A stretch of DNA of 64,000 nucleotides from a virus. Taxonomy: Duplodnaviria; Caudoviricetes. Made by a program: the position numbers and the translations under genes. The notes under the pieces were generated by a model that made no database searches, was not told where the DNA came from, and saw only the letters and a program-made list of their open reading frames with translations. Shown piece after piece: positions 1-7,142 of this stretch; positions within the stretch are counted from its first letter, which is position 1; each line of letters opens with the position of its first letter. The stretch lies in IMG/VR virus record IMGVR_UViG_3300042997_002652, positions 128,001-192,000 of that record; one strand, given 5' to 3'.

Positions 1-22
1 AAAAGGTATTGACTGTTCTCAT
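1..22 (-). CDS. 5' end of a gene running off the window (MRTVNTF...)
   Basis: ATG at 22-20, downstream of the promoter at 87-114 and a GGAG SD; only 7 codons visible. Confidence 0.4.
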
Positions 23-24
23 AC

Positions 25-62
25 AGATATTTATCTGAGATATTTATCTGAGATATTTATCT
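25..62. repeat. 13-bp tandem repeat AGATATTTATCTG x~2.9
   Basis: Units at 25-37, 38-50, 51-62. Confidence 0.9.
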
Positions 63-86
63 CCCGTTTCATCAATTTATATAACT

Positions 87-118
87 ATTATAGCAGAAAT
101 GGGTAGAAAGTCAAGCCT
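87..118 (-). promoter_or_regulatory. Early sigma70-type promoter, family copy 1
   Basis: AGGC TTGACT TTCTACCCATTTCTGC TATAAT (16-bp spacer). Confidence 0.85.
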
Positions 119-145
119 TTTTATATAAAAAGATTTCTTTAATAA

Positions 146-158
146 AATCAATAACTTA
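146..158. promoter_or_regulatory. IHF-consensus site
   Basis: AATCAATAACTTA matches WATCAANNNNTTR. Confidence 0.6.
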
Positions 159-506
159 CCAATATACCGTGATACTAAACTTATTATCAGGGTCTTCTTC
201 ATCAAGAAGGCTGTATATTGTTTTAAAATATTGTATATCAGAATTATGTTTTACCATTCTGAGAACATATCCATTTTCAGACAACTTATTACAAATAATT
301 TTATGAGCACCCTCAAGATTGCTTACAGGTTTACTAGAAGGGAATATTGATATGTACCCATAGTTGCCAAGTGCTTCATCTAAGTAAATATGATGCTGAC
401 CCGACATAGCAGCACTATCTATCTGTTGAGATATAAATTCCAAAACTCTTTCAATTTTAGCTGCTGAGTTATCTGTTTTTTCTCTTGCTTGTGTTGCTGT
501 AATCAT
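156..506 (-). CDS. hypothetical protein
   Basis: 116-aa ORF overlapping its neighbour in a tight operon. Confidence 0.75.
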   Translation of the reverse strand: MITATQAREKTDNSAAKIERVLEFISQQIDSAAMSGQHHIYLDEALGNYGYISIFPSSKPVSNLEGAHKIICNKLSENGYVLRMVKHNSDIQYFKTIYSLLDEEDPDNKFSITVYW

Positions 507-694
507 GCTTGCTCCTTGTCCAGAATCTCGTCCAGAATAGATTTAATTTCCACCAATCGTCTTTCCCAACGTTCCATCATGCGTCTAAAGTCTTCAATTG
601 CTTCTTCATCGTGAAACGTGTCACCACTAAATAAAGCAGCGTCTATTTCGTCAATAGCACCATCAACCAACTCTTTATAATCAATATTCATCAT
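503..694 (-). CDS. hypothetical protein
   Basis: 63-aa acidic ORF with ATGA overlap. Confidence 0.75.
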   Translation of the reverse strand: MMNIDYKELVDGAIDEIDAALFSGDTFHDEEAIEDFRRMMERWERRLVEIKSILDEILDKEQA

Positions 695-741
695 ACACCT
701 ACCATATCAGTTAAAATTTCCCATTCTTCACAATCATTCAT
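691..741 (-). CDS. 16-aa micro-ORF MNDCEEWEILTDMVGV (not in ORF track)
   Basis: ATGA overlaps with both neighbours; GGAGG SD about 10 nt upstream. Confidence 0.5.
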   Translation of the reverse strand: MNDCEEWEILTDMVGV

Positions 742-1046
742 GGTATTGAAGTCCTCCCCATTTCAGGTATAAAAACTTCACCTATGAACCTGAGATTATT
801 ATCTTTAGTATGCTTCATATGTCCCGCGATTGCTTCTTCCCAAGTGTCGTAACGCTCTAACACATCGCTACCATCTTTACAAAAGATGCAAGTTTCAAAC
901 TTGTAGCCAAGATGCAATCCATACTTTTCCATCGTGTTAATTTTAGGCATTTCTGTGGTATATAAAGTCACATCGGCAGGAAACATCCACTCCCAGTGTT
1001 TAACTGAGTTGTTGCTTTCACATTGTCGTCTTGCTGATATTTCCAT
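738..1046 (-). CDS. hypothetical protein
   Basis: 102-aa ORF in operon. Confidence 0.7.
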   Translation of the reverse strand: MEISARRQCESNNSVKHWEWMFPADVTLYTTEMPKINTMEKYGLHLGYKFETCIFCKDGSDVLERYDTWEEAIAGHMKHTKDNNLRFIGEVFIPEMGRTSIP

Positions 1047-1048
1047 TA

Positions 1049-1243
1049 TTAATCTTTTTCTGAAAATTTGTTAAGAGGGTCGCCTAAATATTTATGTATC
1101 ATTTTTTCTATCCAAGCGGTACAATTCCAAACTAATTCTAAAAGTTGGCGAATGACAAACAACACACAAACACTTATCGCAATAAGTAACATGGGAATAA
1201 ACACCAAATACCATCGCCATGATCTTTTAATTTTCATCATCAT
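1049..1243 (-). CDS. small membrane protein
   Basis: 64 aa, basic N-terminus then hydrophobic segment. Confidence 0.7.
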   Translation of the reverse strand: MMMKIKRSWRWYLVFIPMLLIAISVCVLFVIRQLLELVWNCTAWIEKMIHKYLGDPLNKFSEKD

Positions 1244-1383
1244 CGGCAGTGTGTATGTGTAGTTTTAGTTAATAACGATATATGGTCTATTAACTGTTGA
1301 GCCACTATCTCAAGTTTTTCAATACGGAGATTGCTTTCTTCTGTAAGACGAATAGCTTCCGCAATTTGTTCTTCAATTGTCAT
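1240..1383 (-). CDS. 47-aa hypothetical MTIEEQIAEAIRL...THTHCR (not in ORF track)
   Basis: Fills the gap exactly with ATGA overlaps at both ends. Confidence 0.7.
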   Translation of the reverse strand: MTIEEQIAEAIRLTEESNLRIEKLEIVAQQLIDHISLLTKTTHTHCR

Positions 1384-1667
1384 ACTGGGTCCTTTACATA
1401 AGTTGACAGAATCCACTTAGCACGATTTAGTGCTTGGCGAACATCTTCCACAGTCATAAGATCGTATGTGCCGCCGTTATCACTGTTCAGCATTGCCTGA
1501 CAGTCTGACATAATGCTCATAGCAATCATAGCAGCATCTCGGTGAAAAGATGAGATGCCACTGAATATTTCACGTTCTACAGTTTCGCGCATATCGGATA
1601 CTGAGCAGCCATACATACGAACTTCGTTACGCTCTTGATCATTCATTTCAGCGAAAAGCTTAGTCAT
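1380..1667 (-). CDS. hypothetical protein
   Basis: 95-aa ORF, GGAGA SD, first gene after promoter. Confidence 0.8.
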   Translation of the reverse strand: MTKLFAEMNDQERNEVRMYGCSVSDMRETVEREIFSGISSFHRDAAMIAMSIMSDCQAMLNSDNGGTYDLMTVEDVRQALNRAKWILSTYVKDPV

Positions 1668-1701
1668 GTCTTATCTCTCCGTTAATCAACTTTATAATAC
1701 T

Positions 1702-1733
1702 ATTATAGCAGAAATGGGCAAGAAGTCAAGCCT
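1702..1733 (-). promoter_or_regulatory. Early promoter, family copy 2
   Basis: AGGC TTGACT TCTTGCCCATTTCTGC TATAAT. Confidence 0.85.
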
Positions 1734-1759
1734 TTTATATAAATAAAACGCTTGAAAAA

Positions 1760-2074
1760 TCAAGCACCTGTATCAAATGTTCCGCCCACGCCAACTATTG
1801 CCGCCGCGAACCATTCATAAAAAGCAGTTGCTTCAGCTTGCGGTGTACTGTACATTGGCCATTCTCGTCTGTCACCGCCCAAACTTTCAACCAAATGATT
1901 AATCAGATAGTCACGAGCAGCAGTGTCCCTAATGCTACCATCAGCCAACTCACCAATCAGTATGCCTGACTTTTTGATTATAGAAACCAGATACTCTTCT
2001 GGTAGTGTAGTGCCGAAGTATTCACTTAACACATCAGCCGCTGGTTCGCAGTCTATTTCAATTGTAAATTTCAT
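1760..2074 (-). CDS. hypothetical protein
   Basis: 104-aa ORF coupled to the ligase stop. Confidence 0.75.
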   Translation of the reverse strand: MKFTIEIDCEPAADVLSEYFGTTLPEEYLVSIIKKSGILIGELADGSIRDTAARDYLINHLVESLGGDRREWPMYSTPQAEATAFYEWFAAAIVGVGGTFDTGA

Positions 2075-2991
2075 TACATATTCTCCAAAAAGTTACGGCA
2101 CCATGCCAATCGCGCTTGTTCATCCAGTGTAGTGAATTCGTCAATTTTAGCACGAATCTCGTTAAGCAAAGGATAGTATTCCTCGTCTAAAATCTCATAT
2201 GCTGCCTGTGTCAACAGCTTATCAGTGCGAGGGTTACGAGCTACAAACTTTTGTGCCAAATAGTACTTTGTCTTGATCTTTGCAGCACGACCGTCCATAT
2301 GATAAAACACCACACCTTCTCTACGTGAAGTCAACATAGACTTTTCCAATTCAGCTACAGTAGTTACCATATAGCTGGGTACAGGATTAACCTTCATCCA
2401 TCGTGCCTTTCTGATCAGATCACATGCAATTGTTTCGTATGCCATATGACGCATATCAGAGTACCAGTCGTTGATACGATATCCCAGGTAATACAATCCT
2501 GCTTGTTCAGGAATGATATGTGGATCTGACGGATGCACTACTTCAAACAGCAATGTCACTTTGCCGTTCTGACAAAAATGCTTTATCACAAACACATCAG
2601 CCGTATCTAAAATCATCCGTTCTGCCATTACAGCAAAGTCAGAGTCCAGTGAACCAGTAGTAGATACTAGCAACTCGTCCTTATAAGTAGTCACTGATGC
2701 CATGAAGCCGTTGACTTTATCATAAGCCAAAACTACATCGTTGGGCTGGAACACAGGAGCACGATCTTCAATACCGTGGTTATAGATTTTTGTGAATGGC
2801 CGCACGATCACGTTGAAGTCACGATCAATTACGGTGCCTCGGCACTCTTCCAGATACTCGTTCCAAAGTGCGTCAAAGAATACCCGCCGCTTGTACTTTA
2901 ATACAAACAAGCCAGGATAGCGCGTGGACTCGCGCATAGTTACTAAGTCTGGATTCTGTTCTACAAAAGCTTTCAGTTCTAACCGACCCAT
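2074..2991 (-). CDS. rnlA: RNA ligase 1 (T4 Rnl1-like)
   Basis: Motif I DKVNG, FE motif, REGVV, KIK; start moved to MGRLELK (2991) because an upstream ORF ends at 2993. Confidence 0.8.
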   Translation of the reverse strand: MGRLELKAFVEQNPDLVTMRESTRYPGLFVLKYKRRVFFDALWNEYLEECRGTVIDRDFNVIVRPFTKIYNHGIEDRAPVFQPNDVVLAYDKVNGFMASVTTYKDELLVSTTGSLDSDFAVMAERMILDTADVFVIKHFCQNGKVTLLFEVVHPSDPHIIPEQAGLYYLGYRINDWYSDMRHMAYETIACDLIRKARWMKVNPVPSYMVTTVAELEKSMLTSRREGVVFYHMDGRAAKIKTKYYLAQKFVARNPRTDKLLTQAAYEILDEEYYPLLNEIRAKIDEFTTLDEQARLAWCRNFLENM

Positions 2992-2992
2992 T

Positions 2993-3148
2993 TTATATAT
3001 CCTGACAGCATTGAGTTTCACATTCCTGGCAACAAGTACACAGAGTTTCACGGTCGTCGGCTATTTCTTCTGCGTAAGGGCAAGTGTGCGGAGACTGGGC
3101 TTCTCCTTGTTGGCATCGTGAACATAATACTACTTGATCGTCTGACAT
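2993..3148 (-). CDS. 51-aa Cys-rich protein (not in ORF track)
   Basis: MSDDQVVLCSRC...HTCPY...CTCCQECETQCCQDI, 9 Cys; GGGAG SD; first gene after promoter. Confidence 0.8.
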   Translation of the reverse strand: MSDDQVVLCSRCQQGEAQSPHTCPYAEEIADDRETLCTCCQECETQCCQDI

Positions 3149-3182
3149 CTTTTTATCTCCCGTTTCATCAATTTATATAACT

Positions 3183-3214
3183 ATTATAGCAGATTTGGGT
3201 AAGAAGTCAAGCCT
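3183..3214 (-). promoter_or_regulatory. Early promoter, family copy 3
   Basis: AGGC TTGACT TCTTACCCAAATCTGC TATAAT. Confidence 0.85.
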
Positions 3215-3239
3215 TTTGATAAAAATAGATTTCTTTAAG

Positions 3240-3252
3240 AATCAATAACTTA
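3240..3252. promoter_or_regulatory. IHF-consensus site
   Basis: AATCAATAACTTA, 30 bp upstream of the -35. Confidence 0.6.
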
Positions 3253-3483
3253 GCTACTGAACCCAGTAAAGTTACCTATGCCATCATGATTCAACTTGGT
3301 ATTTTCGCCGTCACTGTCAAAGTATACAATCTGTTTTGTCCCGGTTGCTTGGCCTGACTTAAACAAATACTTGACTACGGCTTCAGCATCATTAGTAATC
3401 GTTTTGTAAGTATCCCAGGGACCTAGATCCCTAAGAACGATTACTTCAGATGAGTTGGACAGGATAGTAAAATTAGCATTCAT
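3250..3483 (-). CDS. hypothetical protein, 77 aa (start MNANF)
   Basis: Start overlaps the kinase stop; the longer ORF-track version overlaps the kinase gene. Confidence 0.7.
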   Translation of the reverse strand: MNANFTILSNSSEVIVLRDLGPWDTYKTITNDAEAVVKYLFKSGQATGTKQIVYFDSDGENTKLNHDGIGNFTGFSS

Positions 3484-3904
3484 TGTTTGCCTCGAAAAGT
3501 TCCTGAATATCATACTGAAAACGGTTGCGCATCTGCTCCAGCTTTTCAGCAGGTACATTATGCACATTAGGAAACTGATTCTGAGCCAAGTATACAACTG
3601 GCACAATAAAAAACTCTTTTGCAAGGTTGAAGTAAGGCTTCAGTTCGCGCTTAGTAGTAAAAGTATTGCTTACTATTACAGTGCGATTCTCTTCCAAAGC
3701 TTCACGAGTTTTACGTAAACACCAACCATGTGCTAAGACCAGTCGCTCGGCATCAAAGTTGTAGTTACCCTGAGCATCCTCAAAGTACATATCGGCTTCG
3801 TAGTGTCTTGCCATTACGTTGTCTAGCAGATTGCACAAGTTTCTAGCAAGGGTAGTCTTACCCGAGCCGGGGATGCCGCGAACCAAAATAAGATTTTTCA
3901 TCAT
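3473..3904 (-). CDS. P-loop kinase (AAA_33 / polynucleotide-kinase-like)
   Basis: Walker A GIPGSGKTT, ADMYF, VIVSNTF, HNVP. Confidence 0.8.
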   Translation of the reverse strand: MMKNLILVRGIPGSGKTTLARNLCNLLDNVMARHYEADMYFEDAQGNYNFDAERLVLAHGWCLRKTREALEENRTVIVSNTFTTKRELKPYFNLAKEFFIVPVVYLAQNQFPNVHNVPAEKLEQMRNRFQYDIQELFEANNEC

Positions 3905-3930
3905 TGTTCCTGTTTGTTTACTATAAAGCT

Positions 3931-3962
3931 ATTATACAGTATTTGGGTATAAAGTCAAGCCT
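3931..3962 (-). promoter_or_regulatory. Early promoter, family copy 4
   Basis: AGGC TTGACT TTATACCCAAATACTG TATAAT. Confidence 0.85.
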
Positions 3963-3995
3963 TCTTACGAAAAAGAATCTTAGCCTTTTGTCCTC

Positions 3996-4208
3996 TTATT
4001 CACTTTTAGGATGCAAACAGCTAGCGTAGAACATTGTGTATGCCTGTTCGTGTGCGATACGCTCTGCCTGGTAGTCAATAAACTTATCAATGCCCAGTTC
4101 AGCCATTTTGTTCCGAGTCTCAGCATCAAACATAGCATTGTACTGAATCATTATGCCATTTCTTGCCCGCTGGATATGTTCTTGAGTTGGCTTAACTGTA
4201 TTACCCAT
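3996..4208 (-). CDS. hypothetical protein
   Basis: 70-aa ORF coupled to the HD gene. Confidence 0.7.
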   Translation of the reverse strand: MGNTVKPTQEHIQRARNGIMIQYNAMFDAETRNKMAELGIDKFIDYQAERIAHEQAYTMFYASCLHPKSE

Positions 4209-4777
4209 TATACGTTCTCCATCTTTTCCAGGGCTTGTTGAACACGATGTTCTTGTACGATTCGCTTACCTTCTTTACACAGGGTATGTGCTTGCTTCCA
4301 CAGTACAGGGTCGCCGCCATGTTGTAGGACACTCAGCAGTTCCATCTTTTCTTCCAGATAAGTTTCAGCAAAGTTCATATCATATTTGACAATGCTTTGC
4401 GTGTTGCTGATCAGGTCAGCCAGCTTAACAGTTTTAGCAGCAGCAGGTGCTTTAGCAGTGTGCTTGCGATCAATAGTTTTACGCACCTTGCGATTGCCAT
4501 CTGAGGGCTTGCTAACATCTGTCAGGTAGCTAACCAGTTCTGTTATCTCTGTGCCAAACTCTCTTTCAATCTGCTCAATAGTCACCCCAGTATCTTCTAC
4601 TACATCATGCAGATATGCAGCGGCAATTTGAGCATCAGTGCCGCCAGCATCACGCACGATCCCAGCTACTTCAGTGGGGTGAACTATATAGTCCTCACCT
4701 GTGTACTTGCGTTTCTGACCAACAGCGGCATGAGCAGCAGTAGCGAAAACTCTTGCGCGTTCTACGATATTCATCAT
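4208..4777 (-). CDS. HD-domain hydrolase, RelA/SpoT-hydrolase (Mesh1/SAH)-like
   Basis: AH..Q.RK...YI.HP..V, LHDVVEDT, KLADLISN. Confidence 0.8.
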   Translation of the reverse strand: MMNIVERARVFATAAHAAVGQKRKYTGEDYIVHPTEVAGIVRDAGGTDAQIAAAYLHDVVEDTGVTIEQIEREFGTEITELVSYLTDVSKPSDGNRKVRKTIDRKHTAKAPAAAKTVKLADLISNTQSIVKYDMNFAETYLEEKMELLSVLQHGGDPVLWKQAHTLCKEGKRIVQEHRVQQALEKMENV

Positions 4778-4814
4778 TCAACTCCGAAATGTTCTTTAAT
4801 CAATTTATATAACT

Positions 4815-4846
4815 ATTATAACAGATTGGGCAAGAATGTCAAACCT
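4815..4846 (-). promoter_or_regulatory. Early promoter, family copy 5
   Basis: AGGT TTGACA TTCTTGCCCAATCTGT TATAAT. Confidence 0.85.
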
Positions 4847-4871
4847 TTTGTTAAAAATAAAATATGAACAA

Positions 4872-4907
4872 AATCAATAACTTACCGAACCAGCTAAGTT
4901 ATTGATT
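4872..4907. promoter_or_regulatory. Inverted pair of IHF-consensus sites
   Basis: AATCAATAACTTA ... TAAGTTATTGATT. Confidence 0.6.
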
Positions 4908-4916
4908 TTATTGAGG

Positions 4917-5468
4917 TTAATGATGACCTTTAATTTGACCCAGTTTAGCGGCAGTGATAGCGTCTTCCATCAGCGTCACGATCTTGCCAGTAGCATCAAA
5001 GCCCATGTCTCGGCAGCGATACTGTTCCATACCAGACACATTACCGTGTAAGTGACCATGAAAGTGGACCGAGCCACGATGCATCTGATCCCATTCGGCG
5101 ATAGGATAGTGAAACATTACTACCATAGTATCCTGATAGACGATATCATGATACTTGTGAACTTCTTTGAAACATGCTCGGAAAACAGGATCACGCAGGT
5201 TTTTCCTATCGTGGTTGCCCTCAACCAGTATCTTGGTACCGTTTAGTTGACGCATGATCTGTACAGCTTCAGCAGCCGAGCAAAATGCTACGTCACCTAG
5301 AATGTATACGATATCTTCAGGGTTTACAGTCTGATTCCACATTTGGATCATGTCACGATTCATAGTGTCAGGGTCGTTGCGCGTATCCCAATGCCCGCGA
5401 GTTTTCGGACAAAAAGTTGCTATGGACTTGTGTCCAAAATGTAAATCTGAAGTTATATAAGTTTTCAT
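4917..5468 (-). CDS. calcineurin-like metallophosphoesterase
   Basis: SDLHFGH, LGD, GNHD, FHGHLH. Confidence 0.9.
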   Translation of the reverse strand: MKTYITSDLHFGHKSIATFCPKTRGHWDTRNDPDTMNRDMIQMWNQTVNPEDIVYILGDVAFCSAAEAVQIMRQLNGTKILVEGNHDRKNLRDPVFRACFKEVHKYHDIVYQDTMVVMFHYPIAEWDQMHRGSVHFHGHLHGNVSGMEQYRCRDMGFDATGKIVTLMEDAITAAKLGQIKGHH

Positions 5469-5469
5469 G

Positions 5470-5667
5470 TTACTCTATTTCTGTTACTACTTGAGCAGTA
5501 ATTACAATTTCACATTCTTGATTTCTTGGCAAATCTGCTTTGCAAGTCTCAAGAGCAGTTTTAATTTCTCCGTGCATTGGCATGTTACTAACATCAAAAA
5601 TTACAGCAAGAAACAAGCCTGTTACTACTGCACTAATCATAACACCATGTACAAAATCGTTACGCAT
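5470..5667 (-). CDS. small membrane protein (start MRNDF)
   Basis: GAGGTG SD, one TM segment, C-terminal CxxxxxxxxxC. Confidence 0.7.
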   Translation of the reverse strand: MRNDFVHGVMISAVVTGLFLAVIFDVSNMPMHGEIKTALETCKADLPRNQECEIVITAQVVTEIE

Positions 5668-5701
5668 TTTAATCACCTCTTTGTTGTCTATATATAGTGC
5701 T

Positions 5702-5761
5702 AGTATATACGATTTGAATAAAATGTCAAGCCTTAATTTAACTAATAAAATCAACAACTTA
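5702..5761 (-). promoter_or_regulatory. Early promoter, family copy 6, plus IHF-consensus site (5749-5761)
   Basis: AGGC TTGACA N16 TATACT; AATCAACAACTTA. Confidence 0.7.
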
Positions 5762-5810
5762 CATATAACTCATCGTAATATATACATATTTTGTAATTTC
5801 GGGTAAACAC

Positions 5811-5816
5811 TAAATA
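5811..5816 (+). promoter_or_regulatory. T4-type late promoter-like box TAAATA
   Basis: About 50 nt upstream of the first plus-strand gene. Confidence 0.45.
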
Positions 5817-5867
5817 TTACTACAATAATAACAATAGCTAGTCTTTAAGATATAGCCGGAGAATAAA

Positions 5868-7142
5868 ATGAGCACACTAAAAATAATAACAAGTGCCATA
5901 GTATTCTGTGTTTTTAGTATGCCTGTATTTGGACAGGATACTACGACCATAAATACTACTAACGCAACTACAACCACAACCAATAACACCAATAACAATG
6001 TTATTACTAGTGATAATACCAATACCAATGTAAACACCAGTACTGCTACAAACAATAATAATAATGTAAGTACTAGTGACAGTACCAATCTGAATACTAA
6101 TATAAACACTAGTACCAGTACTGCAACAAACAATAATAATAATGTTAGCACGAGTGACAGTACCAACTTGAATACTAATATAAACACCAGCACCGCTACC
6201 AATAATAATAATAACGTTAATACAAGCACCAACGTAAACACAAATACATCTGTAAATACTAATAACAATACAAACAATAGTGTAAGTGCAAACACCAATA
6301 ACAATATAAACACCAGTACTAGCACTGCTACCAATAATAATATAAACACAAGCACATCGGTTAACACGAACAATAATAACAACGTTAGCGTCAGTGATAA
6401 TACAAATTTAAATACTAATATTAATACAAGCACATCCGTTAATACCAACAATAACGTTAATACTAGCACTGCTACCAATAATAATAATAACGTTAATACA
6501 AGCACCAATGTAAACACAAATAATAACAGTAGTGTGGTCACTAGTAACTCTAATAATGTTAACACTAGCAATAGCGTTAATGAAAATTTAAATGTCAATC
6601 AAAGTGTAAGCACAAGCGACAATAATATAAACCAAACAAGTGTAAACACAAATACCAACACAAATCAAAACTTAACTGTATCAGATAACACCAACAACAA
6701 CTATAATGAAAACGTAACAAGAAACGAAAGCACTCAGCGTATTGAACAAGAAATTAACTCACCGCCTCCTAGTGCGATAGCACCTAGTATCGGTAGCAGT
6801 TACTCACAAGACTTGTGTACAACAGGCATCAGTGGAGCAGTACAAACACAAATATTTGGTTTATCTACTGGTAAAAGCATTACAGATGAAAATTGTGAAC
6901 GAATAAAACTAAGCAAAACTCTTTACGATATGGGTATGCGTGTTGCTGCTGTATCACTAATGTGCCAAGACGAACGAGTATGGACTGCTATGAAAATGGC
7001 AGGAACTCCTTGCCCTTATGAAGGTAAGATTGGATCCGATGCTTCTATATCTTGGGAACTGAACAGAGAAGAAGTGCCTGGATACAATGAAAGACGAGAT
7101 CGTGATGTAGCCAGTACTCCCAATATGCCGAGAAGTAGATGA
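5868..7142 (+). CDS. exported Asn/Thr-rich protein with Cys-containing C-terminal domain
   Basis: Signal peptide, ~270-aa N/T/S low-complexity tract, then PPPSAIAP...DLC...ENC...LMC...TPCP. Confidence 0.85.
   Translation: MSTLKIITSAIVFCVFSMPVFGQDTTTINTTNATTTTTNNTNNNVITSDNTNTNVNTSTATNNNNNVSTSDSTNLNTNINTSTSTATNNNNNVSTSDSTNLNTNINTSTATNNNNNVNTSTNVNTNTSVNTNNNTNNSVSANTNNNINTSTSTATNNNINTSTSVNTNNNNNVSVSDNTNLNTNINTSTSVNTNNNVNTSTATNNNNNVNTSTNVNTNNNSSVVTSNSNNVNTSNSVNENLNVNQSVSTSDNNINQTSVNTNTNTNQNLTVSDNTNNNYNENVTRNESTQRIEQEINSPPPSAIAPSIGSSYSQDLCTTGISGAVQTQIFGLSTGKSITDENCERIKLSKTLYDMGMRVAAVSLMCQDERVWTAMKMAGTPCPYEGKIGSDASISWELNREEVPGYNERRDRDVASTPNMPRSR

Noticed and set aside
2992-3624. ORF-track extended starts (3051 and 3624), and likewise 5757, 10440, 41027 and 63742
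   Set aside because: They overlap other genes, promoters or terminators; better starts with SD or ATGA coupling were used, and the last gene runs off the window.
5810-6598. 262-aa Leu/Val-rich minus-strand ORF
   Set aside because: Antisense shadow of the Asn/Thr low-complexity gene (AAT/ACT codons read as Leu/Val/Ile on the other strand).
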